A stretch of 33,353 bases of DNA, taken from an uncultured archaeon (lineage in GTDB: Archaea; Asgardarchaeota; Thorarchaeia; Thorarchaeales; Thorarchaeaceae). Below, piece after piece: positions 16,783 to 24,940 of this stretch (the first letter of the stretch is position 1; every line of letters begins with the position of its first letter). The notes below the pieces were generated by a model. The model was not told the DNA's origin. It did not search any database and worked only from the letters and a program-made list of their open reading frames with translations. The stretch covers positions 1 through 33,353 of the forward strand of contig CAYYQL010000028.1 in assembly GCA_964473825.1 (NCBI GenBank), read 5' to 3'. The translations under genes were made by a program, and so were the position numbers.

Positions 16783-18129
16783 TCATTCGGTTATTGCGTG
16801 TGCCTGCAGTGCGACTCGTGGCCTGAGCTCCCGTACAGGGATTCCAGTCTCCGCCGACACCTTCATTATATCATCAGCCTCGGGCTTGATGTTGATTATG
16901 CTGCCATCTGGGCCTCTTGATATTTTCACACGAATCATGTAATCTTTGTTATCGATTTCCAGCTTACAGACAATAGTCTCGCGGGCGGCCTTCAGCCGCT
17001 GCCAGGATGTGTACCGGATTCCCAGAGTACCAAGGTGCCGAATCATGACCTCGGCAATGCTCTTCAAACCGGTCTTGGCTGCAATGACTTTGACTACAAA
17101 GCAAGGTCGGTTCTTCTTGCCATATGCCGGAATCATCACCACATCATATGCTAATCCCTCCGACAGTAGCGTGTCAAACAGACTGCCCATGACTTCGCCG
17201 TCAACATCATCCACATTCGCTTCGATTACGATAACACTATCATCATTCCATTGTTCAAACACTTCAGCCCTCTCCTCTCCACGAGTGGGGGCCCTAGCCT
17301 CTTGACCAGCCTTCCCTTCCGTCTTCTCCGGTTTCTTGAGTTCTGGAGCTTCTGCAGCACCTTCCGCCTCCTTGAAATTGCCAAGTGATATCCTCATCCT
17401 GTTGGGAACCTCTCCCAGATCACGTGACCCAAACCCGGTACCCTGCTGTGAAATAATGAAATTCTCAGTGGAATCTACGTATTCCTGAGTGAGGGAAACC
17501 AGAAGGGCCGCTCCAGTGGGAGTCAGAATCTCGGTCTCGGCTCTGCCAGTGAGAAATGGAACATCATGAGCAACCAGTATCTCAGCCACAGCGGGAACTG
17601 GAACCTCCAGCTCGCCATGTTCGGTCTCGATGGTGCCACTGCCAACTGCAACTCGCGTCGCCACAAATCTCACTTCATTGAGAAGGCCCATCTTCTCAAG
17701 GAGATACACGGTTCCGACAATATCTAGAACAGTATCAACCTGGCCAGTCTCGTGGAGATGCAACTCCTCAACAGTGGTATCGTGTGCTCGCATCTCGGCC
17801 TGAAGAATCTCATCCAGTGCCCTCTCCGCCAACTTTGCGGCGGTCTTAGAGAGCTCTAGTTCCTCAGAAACAGTCTGTAACACTTCTAACATCGACTTCG
17901 GACTGAGTCGGATACCCTTATCCCCCACGACCTCGAGTCGCTTACCGTTCACTCCAGCCTTTTCCTCTTGAACAACCTTGACTCGCAGAGTCGGATCGTA
18001 GATAAGGAGGGCTGCAGCAACCGGCAACAACGCATCGTCTTCTCCCATTAGATCGAGAAGGGCAGCTAAGAACATATCTCCTGATGCACCAGCTTCTTGA
18101 ACATCGATTAGAGCAGTCTTCTTGGTCAA
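16783..18129 (-). CDS. larC: Nickel pincer cofactor nickel insertase LarC (full length)
   Basis: GASGDM, HLHETG.VD..LDIVG, HG.L.VPVPA, TPTGAA, ANVDD, KKNRP, TLGIR, KPE. TTG 18129 with an upstream GGAG SD is preferred over 18234. Confidence 0.85.
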   Translation of the reverse strand: MTKKTALIDVQEAGASGDMFLAALLDLMGEDDALLPVAAALLIYDPTLRVKVVQEEKAGVNGKRLEVVGDKGIRLSPKSMLEVLQTVSEELELSKTAAKLAERALDEILQAEMRAHDTTVEELHLHETGQVDTVLDIVGTVYLLEKMGLLNEVRFVATRVAVGSGTIETEHGELEVPVPAVAEILVAHDVPFLTGRAETEILTPTGAALLVSLTQEYVDSTENFIISQQGTGFGSRDLGEVPNRMRISLGNFKEAEGAAEAPELKKPEKTEGKAGQEARAPTRGEERAEVFEQWNDDSVIVIEANVDDVDGEVMGSLFDTLLSEGLAYDVVMIPAYGKKNRPCFVVKVIAAKTGLKSIAEVMIRHLGTLGIRYTSWQRLKAARETIVCKLEIDNKDYMIRVKISRGPDGSIINIKPEADDIMKVSAETGIPVRELRPRVALQAHAITE

Positions 18130-18295
18130 TGGAATTGGTACTCCTTTCTTTAGAGGTCTGCAACTGCAGGCTGACACTGCAATCCTTTTCTTTCTTTCGT
18201 AGTGGAGAATAAGGACGCGGCGCCACAAGGTCAATCTGTTCTTAAATAGAAACCTGCGACAGGGGCACTCACTGCCATTAATCTGTCACTATAGC

Positions 18296-19075
18296 CTATT
18301 CAGGCACGCCTCTTCTCCATTGGTCGAAGATCGCCATGTACATGCATTCAGTGGGGCTTATCCACATTGCAGATGAATCAAAGGCCTCGTCCACTAGATC
18401 GACCGGAGCATCACGAATAAGCACAGCAGGTATAGACTCATCAGACTCGCCCATGAGCACGGTACATGCAGATGCCAAGTTGTCTGCCACTGCTCTACGT
18501 GTTATCCGGAGCTCATTGCCGAATAGATCTCTACGTCCTCGGTCGTCCATGACAGGCCGGAATCCTGCCACGCCCAGGGCCATACCAATATTGCCGAGTC
18601 TGAGAGGTTGCGTTCTGCTGTCAATGATAATCACTCCAAGCTTCACTCCCCATCGTTCCCGAATCTCCTGGCTTATTCGCATAGCACTAGCCTTCGCATC
18701 GACCGGCAACAGTGAGGCATAGCCTGCTGGAACGTTAGACTTGTCAACTCCGGCATTCGCCATGAGGGTGTTGTTCTTGATGGTCAATACAACATGAGGA
18801 ATACCGCCAAGAATCTCATCCGCCTCATCTAGTACTAGCTGAGCCACAGGGGGAGTGATGTCATATTTCAGGCCCAGATTGCGAGCTACATCAGTCACTC
18901 TGACATCATCCAATTTGACAACCCTACCCTCAGTCGTGCCCAATGGGGTCTCTGCAATGCCCATGATGTCACCCACCTTGGGCTCGAGTCCTTGGGACTC
19001 CATGTGCTGCGAAATCACGCTGAGGAAGTCATCCTCTTGTGTGATGATACGAGTCCTTATCGGAAATAGTTCCAC
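18296..19075 (-). CDS. cofE: Coenzyme F420-0:L-glutamate ligase
   Basis: ANAGVDKSN, VIIIDSR..PLRLG, DDRGRRDLFGNELRIT..AVAD.LAS, MGE..E.IP. Confidence 0.9.
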   Translation of the reverse strand: MELFPIRTRIITQEDDFLSVISQHMESQGLEPKVGDIMGIAETPLGTTEGRVVKLDDVRVTDVARNLGLKYDITPPVAQLVLDEADEILGGIPHVVLTIKNNTLMANAGVDKSNVPAGYASLLPVDAKASAMRISQEIRERWGVKLGVIIIDSRTQPLRLGNIGMALGVAGFRPVMDDRGRRDLFGNELRITRRAVADNLASACTVLMGESDESIPAVLIRDAPVDLVDEAFDSSAMWISPTECMYMAIFDQWRRGVPE

Positions 19076-19162
19076 TGCACAGCCTCAACACTTCCGCGAC
19101 ACAGACCGCAAATAAACCATACCTCTCCCTCACTCGGCAGTGTCATGAGAGAGTATAATGAT

Positions 19163-20578
19163 CTATTCTCGCTGAAGCTTCATCCGCGCACCCATTATGC
19201 ACGAGTCGCCCTTTCGTCCGCCCATCGGATTGTCCCGCGTCCCCATTGAGTTCATACATCTGGCGGTCACAGCAGCACCCATAGCAAGCCCGTCCTCAAC
19301 GAACACAACCTGACGTGATGGTTTGAGAGGCATCAGCTTGCCACTGAGAAGTTCCGCAAGAAGAAGGGCGGGTTTCTGCCCAGTCACGAGTGCTCGCCCT
19401 GTTAGCCCAAAAGAGGTTTCGGGGAGCACAATATTCCTGAAGTCACAGATGCTTATCAGACGATATGCCAGTCGGGCCATCAGTAGGTCTACGATAGCCA
19501 GGAATAGACCTCTTCCACCCTCCTCGACAATCTCGAAACCATGTCTTGATAACAGAGGCAAGTCTGAACCATTCTTGCCAACGTCTATGCCGATGAGCAA
19601 GGTCCCAGACTCGGCTGCCGCATCGGTATTCACAGGAACTGTACCGTACCGCTCCACTCCATCGGGAACTTCCTCAACTTTGATTATCTTCTCAAGCCGC
19701 TCAACCCATCGCTCCACCTTTAGATCGATATTCCTTTTGGATTGGGAAGCCAAATCGAGCATGACGGCATCAGGTCTGCTCGAGAGTCCCGAACCCTTTG
19801 CCAGAGCATCAGGAATGGCCCCTGCAAGCCCTGCAAACGAACCAACAGTATGAGCATAGGGATAGGAGTCGTCAACGACTCTGCCGGCAAGAGTCGTCCC
19901 AAAGTCCAACGTCAGAACAGGATTTCGAAAATCGATATCTGTGCCTTTGACAGCGCCTTTGATTCCTGCAGTGACAAGCTCTCCCTCCATCTCATTGGCC
20001 ACGATTTCGGTATTTGCTGGAGGAAGGCAGCTTGCGACGGCTCCATCGAAATACACCTTCTTGAGCCAAGTGTACCCTCGAACGCCGGGAGGGAGATTCT
20101 CAGGAGACATCGATGCGGTCATCTTTCGTGGTGGAACCCCAGCATCAAGACAGCCCTGTGCCAGCGCCTTGATTACGCTGTGGACTTCTTGTGGCGTTGT
20201 GAACCCTGCGCTTATGCCGGTAGACCTGACCACGAAATGGATATCCTTCTCTATGTCGAGCTTGGCCTTTGACACTGCACTCTCGAGGATATCAGCAACC
20301 ATCTCAGTGACCGATTTCTCTGTCAAGGGCACACCTGCGATTGTTTCACCAAAGCTCAACTCGTCGTCTCTTGGCTGACGGATGTCCCGTGTCATGCGTA
20401 CTTCTTTTGCCACCTCAAAGATCTCGGCAGTCTCGAGATTGGTGGCCACTATGATGCACTTGGTGGTCGTATTTCCGAGCTCTACTGACGCAACTGTATA
20501 GAATGGACCAACCTTCAGTGAGGATGCACTGACTCTTCGAGGATGTACTATTTCGGGTTTCATCAGTGTCAACTCCAT
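19163..20578 (-). CDS. Methanogenesis marker 14 family protein (DUF2114), ASKHA-fold ATPase-like
   Basis: YTVASVELGNTTTKCI, VVRSTG, ANEMEGELVTAGIK, DFRNP..LDFGTTLAG, DGLA.GAA..ARCMNS.G. ATG 20578 lies 7 bp after the mtrH stop. Confidence 0.85.
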   Translation of the reverse strand: MELTLMKPEIVHPRRVSASSLKVGPFYTVASVELGNTTTKCIIVATNLETAEIFEVAKEVRMTRDIRQPRDDELSFGETIAGVPLTEKSVTEMVADILESAVSKAKLDIEKDIHFVVRSTGISAGFTTPQEVHSVIKALAQGCLDAGVPPRKMTASMSPENLPPGVRGYTWLKKVYFDGAVASCLPPANTEIVANEMEGELVTAGIKGAVKGTDIDFRNPVLTLDFGTTLAGRVVDDSYPYAHTVGSFAGLAGAIPDALAKGSGLSSRPDAVMLDLASQSKRNIDLKVERWVERLEKIIKVEEVPDGVERYGTVPVNTDAAAESGTLLIGIDVGKNGSDLPLLSRHGFEIVEEGGRGLFLAIVDLLMARLAYRLISICDFRNIVLPETSFGLTGRALVTGQKPALLLAELLSGKLMPLKPSRQVVFVEDGLAMGAAVTARCMNSMGTRDNPMGGRKGDSCIMGARMKLQRE

Positions 20579-20585
20579 TGGTTTC

Positions 20586-21521
20586 TTAGAGGAGCTTCTT
20601 GAAGGGGTGCTCGTCGGAGGGTTCAATGCCAAGCTCAGCCTTGACAGACTCCGCAGTGAAAATGTCACCCATACTAGCTACAGGAAAAACACGTCTTGCA
20701 TTCTTCAGTGGGCCGTAGAGGACGAAATCAGCACCCATCATCTGGAGCATAAGACTGGAGGCGACATCACAGAACATGTGAACCTCCTTATCTATCTTCT
20801 TTTGGTTCTTTAGCCAGGTCCAAGATGCCGGTGCATTGTGGATTCCTGACCCGGTAGGCAACCCATAGACAGACTTCGAAACGAAGGTGAAGGCCACTGC
20901 AGAACCTGCACCAGCACCCATGGCTGTGGTTGCGGTGTCGATAAGCGGCTTCCGAACGCCGACCTCCTTCGCGAGGGCAAGAAGACCCGAAGAACTACCA
21001 TCGATTCCAGTATCTAATACTGCCCTCCGTCCGCCGATGGAAGAATCACGAGGATTGAATGCGAGGATGATGGCTGATTCTGGACCGATTGCTGCAATCT
21101 CTTCGAGTTCTTTTTTCTCCACCGAAACACTGATCGAGTTGTAGATTGCTCTGTCAAGACACCCAATCTCTTCTGCGTGTCGAAGTCCCGCCATTCGAAC
21201 TTCAGATTCTGTTGAATCGATTAGGAATGGGACATCAGAGACTTCGGTGACAAAATCAATGAACTTGTGCATGGCCTCATCAGTCTGTGAACATATCTGC
21301 AGCATACAGGGATTCCCCGTGATGTCAGACATCTCTTCTTGAGCAGCTATCTGCTCTTCCGCCTTCTCCCTGTCGAAGCTGCCCCTATTGGCGTCTTCCA
21401 GGAGTTTGTCCCCATGGTAGAAGATTGTGCCTACAAGAACCGTTGGCAACTCGCCAGGCGATCCTCCTATCTCAACATCGCAGATTTTGTAGATGACCTG
21501 TTCTTTCTCAAACACAAACAT
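20586..21521 (-). CDS. mtrH: MtrH-family methyl-pterin:corrinoid methyltransferase (canonical motifs)
   Basis: MFVFEKEQ, GG.PGE.PTVL.GTIFY, FLIDST, IYNSI, GSGIHN, GADFVLYGP. Confidence 0.92.
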   Translation of the reverse strand: MFVFEKEQVIYKICDVEIGGSPGELPTVLVGTIFYHGDKLLEDANRGSFDREKAEEQIAAQEEMSDITGNPCMLQICSQTDEAMHKFIDFVTEVSDVPFLIDSTESEVRMAGLRHAEEIGCLDRAIYNSISVSVEKKELEEIAAIGPESAIILAFNPRDSSIGGRRAVLDTGIDGSSSGLLALAKEVGVRKPLIDTATTAMGAGAGSAVAFTFVSKSVYGLPTGSGIHNAPASWTWLKNQKKIDKEVHMFCDVASSLMLQMMGADFVLYGPLKNARRVFPVASMGDIFTAESVKAELGIEPSDEHPFKKLL

Positions 21522-21523
21522 AT

Positions 21524-22228
21524 CTACATCTCCTTTCCAATCAAGACAGTACCAGATTCCATCTCGCGAACTTCAATGCCCACAGTAGTGGGATGTAGTG
21601 AAAGAGAAGCTCCCAGAACAAACTGTTCCAACAGAGATGTCATCGGATCCAAGTACAGGTTAAACTCCGGAAGAACCGATATTCCTGCACCGAGGGTTCT
21701 GCGAACGGCACGTTCGGCCTCTACAGTGAACTCAACCCAATAAGGACCCCCTTGAAACGGTTCAGTCTGGCGAGCAAGAAGAGATTCAGCCTCATCACGA
21801 ATCTTGTCCGGATCTGTGACATTCATCAAGTCGATGAGTTGCACTTGCTCTCTGAATCGGTCTATTGCCTCCATTGGAATATTCTCAATATAGGGAATCG
21901 CACCCGGTGCATTCAGAATCTTCCGATTGTCTTGGTTGATACCATATTGATGAAGACAGCTCAACGATGCACCCGTTCTGTGCCCGGGTACTTCTGGACC
22001 ACAAAGAATGAGATATCGGATGTTTGCATTCGAGATGGTGTTGACAACTACACGTTCAATGCCGATATTCTCGGTCTTGCATGTCCCGATTATGGCATAC
22101 CTGCTGTTGACTTCAATCTTCTTCCCCAGAGTGCATATAGCAACACTCAGCGATGGGTCACCTACTTCAAAATCCCCCGCAACAACAGGCCAATCTCGAG
22201 TATTGTGTTCACCAGACATCTTCTTCAC
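21524..22228 (-). CDS. mtrA: Soluble MtrA-type corrinoid protein with no transmembrane anchor and an MtrB-like C-terminal tail
   Basis: WPVVAGDF.VG, CKTENIGIE, CGPEVPGH (axial His83), GAIPYIEN, RFREQV. The C-terminal 60 aa contain no TM-length hydrophobic run. Confidence 0.9.
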   Translation of the reverse strand: MKKMSGEHNTRDWPVVAGDFEVGDPSLSVAICTLGKKIEVNSRYAIIGTCKTENIGIERVVVNTISNANIRYLILCGPEVPGHRTGASLSCLHQYGINQDNRKILNAPGAIPYIENIPMEAIDRFREQVQLIDLMNVTDPDKIRDEAESLLARQTEPFQGGPYWVEFTVEAERAVRRTLGAGISVLPEFNLYLDPMTSLLEQFVLGASLSLHPTTVGIEVREMESGTVLIGKEM

Positions 22229-22230
22229 CT

Positions 22231-23148
22231 CTAGTTGTAGGTTGGGGGATCAAACAACGCTGCGTCGCGTCCAAGAGTTCGACTGGCTTCAGCAACGGCT
22301 GTTGCCAGTGCATTTCCAATCAATGCAACAGCTGCATATACTTCCTTTGTACGGACCATTGAACCATACATTATGCAGTCAGTAGCAAACAACTGGGCTG
22401 CAACGGTTGATGCAACAACCGTAGAGAGGTGAGTGATGTCATCATCTAAGCCCTCTTGGCGTATGAACTTCCAGGCCGATGGTGCATTATGTGGACCAAG
22501 ACAGGTGGGGAGTCCAAGCTCGGACTTGATGGCAAGAATTGTCCTGTACTCGAGACCGTATCCTGCACCAACTGGCAGAGTTGCGGGATCTACCAACACT
22601 TTCTCAACACCCATTGAGCGGGATTCTTCGAGCATCTTCCGGACGGTGTCCATTCGGTCGGACAAGTTGGTTGCCCGTGGAGACCAACCCAGAACAACAG
22701 CCATGTTCAACGAGCTCTCTCGAAGCAAATCTTTCTCATCATTCTTCATCGAGAGATTGATTGAGTTGTAGATTGCTCGATCAGCGAGACCGGTCTCATC
22801 GCAATATTCGATTCCGCGTTTTCGGGCCTTCGCACTGGTAGACTCGAACATAAAGGGTCCTTCAAACGAGTTGGCAAGCCAGGAGATGTGCTTCTCCATC
22901 GCCTCAGGTGTCCGTCCGAATGCCTGTATCACGAGGGGATGGCCTGTTCTATCCTCCATTTCTACGCCGGTGGCAATCCAGTCAGAGGCCAGTTCCTCAT
23001 TAAACAACCCCTGTTTCGTGTTCTCCACAATTGGCTGTCCCTTGAAGAAGAGACCACCTATGAGGACGGTAGGGTTCTCTCCGGGCTGACCGCCTACGGT
23101 CACACCGCCGAAATCATAGGATACCTGATTCTTCTTGAACACGAACAT
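22231..23148 (-). CDS. mtrH: Second, divergent MtrH-family methyltransferase
   Basis: MFVFKKNQ, GGQPGENPTVL, FMFEST, IYNSIN, VLVDP, GPHNAPSAW, IMYG. ATG 23148 lies 10 bp after the metF stop. Confidence 0.88.
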   Translation of the reverse strand: MFVFKKNQVSYDFGGVTVGGQPGENPTVLIGGLFFKGQPIVENTKQGLFNEELASDWIATGVEMEDRTGHPLVIQAFGRTPEAMEKHISWLANSFEGPFMFESTSAKARKRGIEYCDETGLADRAIYNSINLSMKNDEKDLLRESSLNMAVVLGWSPRATNLSDRMDTVRKMLEESRSMGVEKVLVDPATLPVGAGYGLEYRTILAIKSELGLPTCLGPHNAPSAWKFIRQEGLDDDITHLSTVVASTVAAQLFATDCIMYGSMVRTKEVYAAVALIGNALATAVAEASRTLGRDAALFDPPTYN

Positions 23149-23158
23149 AGCGACTCTT

Positions 23159-24115
23159 TCACCTAGGTCTTGGGTAGAGGCCTGCACCTTTAACTAGTTC
23201 GGGGATTGCGCTCTCCCAGCCCACACCCATGATATGAATCCCATCCACTCCGTTTATCTTACGAACGTCTTCGATTGTTTCTGAGGCTATGAGGAGTCCC
23301 TCTGCTCTAACAGCTTCGCGCTTATCAGCACCCTTCAAACCTCTCCCCGCATCATCAAGCCGGGAAATCATTGAATCGGGGATCTTGATGCCAGGAATGT
23401 GCTTGTTCATGAATCTGGCCATCTTAGGACCCTTCAGAGGGATTATCCCAGCTAGGACTCCAGCATCAAGTCCGTCGATGCCCTTCATGAACTCCTCCAG
23501 ACGACTAGTATCATAAATGGCTTGGGTCTGAAAGAACCTAGCCCCCGCTGCCTGTTTCTTCTCAGTCCGCCAGATATGCATCTCAAGAGGGTCGGCATAG
23601 GGATTGAAAGTGGCTCCGATGAGGAATGTCGGGGTTCCCTCCAGTTCTTGCCCGGACAGGTCTGTTCCGTGCATGAGATGCTTGGCTATCTGTAGTGCCT
23701 GGATAGAGTCCATGTCATAGACCATCTTTGCCTCTGGATGGGATCCAAGTAGAGTATGATCACCTGTGATGAACATGAGATTACGCACGCCGAGCGCGTA
23801 GGCGCCATAGAGCTCGCTCTCAAATAGGATTCGGTTCCTGTCTCTCGCAGACATCTGCATTATGGGCTCGGCTCCAGCCTGAAGAATGAGATGGGCACAG
23901 ACCATGCTGCTCATTGTCGGTATACCCCGAACATTATCAGTGATGTTGATTGCATCACAGTATTCAGCAACCAGATGGGTGTGCTCACGGATTATGTTGG
24001 CGTCGGAACCATGAGGGGGTGTGATCTCTCCTGTTACGACTAACTCATTCTTCTCGAGTAGGGAAGCTAGATGACTGATTGGCAGGTTTGATTTCTCCAG
24101 ATTATTTGCTTGCAA
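23159..24115 (-). CDS. metF: Methylenetetrahydrofolate reductase, flavin subunit
   Basis: TGEITPP, NITDN, RDRNR, ITGDH, KKQAAGARFFQTQ, AGIIPL, IPGIKIP, GIHIM; exact start uncertain. Confidence 0.92.
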   Translation of the reverse strand: MQANNLEKSNLPISHLASLLEKNELVVTGEITPPHGSDANIIREHTHLVAEYCDAINITDNVRGIPTMSSMVCAHLILQAGAEPIMQMSARDRNRILFESELYGAYALGVRNLMFITGDHTLLGSHPEAKMVYDMDSIQALQIAKHLMHGTDLSGQELEGTPTFLIGATFNPYADPLEMHIWRTEKKQAAGARFFQTQAIYDTSRLEEFMKGIDGLDAGVLAGIIPLKGPKMARFMNKHIPGIKIPDSMISRLDDAGRGLKGADKREAVRAEGLLIASETIEDVRKINGVDGIHIMGVGWESAIPELVKGAGLYPRPR

Positions 24116-24213
24116 CCGAGCGACTTCTCTGCACCCTTATTTCATTTCCGAGCCCAAGAGATGTCAGTCACCATGTTATACGCATGTTTCTATTATACAG
24201 CGCAGGAGGATAT

Positions 24214-24873
24214 CTAGAAGAAAGCTCCGTGTTCAAGCTCTCGAGGACCACGAGCAAGGCTCCAGTCCTTGAGGTCCCAAATCTTCTTGATATTCTCTTC
24301 TTTTCCAAGAGCCTTGAGGCGATCGTATATCAGCTGCCATACACACTCGGTATCTTCATCCCTCTCGCACATACCATCCATTGAACCACCACACGGACCA
24401 TTCAAGATACCCTTGGCACAGCGTGCGATGGGACAGATGCCCCCTGTAAGATCAAGGATGCATTCTCCACACATGACACACTGCTCATGATGGTGAAATC
24501 TCTCGGGCATGTTTCCGAGAAACTCAGAGTCAGTTGCAGGGAACGATTCTTTCTCAGGATGCAGCTGCGTTAGTGTCTGGGTAGCAACGCCGCATGCTTG
24601 AACAAGGAAGGCATCGGCATTCTCAACAATCTCTTTGTTCTCTTCGAGCTCTTGCTCGAAAGCGTTGATGTCACACATTCCGCCCTCAACGAAGACGTAT
24701 CCAAGCACCTCCTTGCCATTCTCTTCCAGGAAGTCACCCATGTCCTCAAGCTGAAGGATGCCCCCCACATCACACATCTGTGCGCAGCCGGAGTCTCCAA
24801 ACAGGACAATGCGAGGCTTCCCTTCTAGCATCTCGAGTATCTTCTCGGGCGATTTCAGTTCCATGACAATCAA
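24214..24873 (-). CDS. metV: Methylene-THF reductase Fe-S/Zn subunit MetV
   Basis: GCAQMC..GG, ACG, CVMCGEC.L..TGGICPIARCAKG.LNGPCGG...CE...CVW. TTG 24873 gives the typical MIV...K start. Confidence 0.88.
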   Translation of the reverse strand: MIVMELKSPEKILEMLEGKPRIVLFGDSGCAQMCDVGGILQLEDMGDFLEENGKEVLGYVFVEGGMCDINAFEQELEENKEIVENADAFLVQACGVATQTLTQLHPEKESFPATDSEFLGNMPERFHHHEQCVMCGECILDLTGGICPIARCAKGILNGPCGGSMDGMCERDEDTECVWQLIYDRLKALGKEENIKKIWDLKDWSLARGPRELEHGAFF

Positions 24874-24940
24874 GCAGCAATTCACCCAGTTCGTGGAGCA
24901 CATAAACGACTAAAAGCTATTCCCTGACTGCACTCCCGTC

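Noticed and set aside
19163-23148. Evidence that the organism is a methanogen
   Set aside because: No mcr or membrane mtrCDE genes are in the window, MtrA is unanchored, and cofE and mtrAH also occur in non-methanogens.
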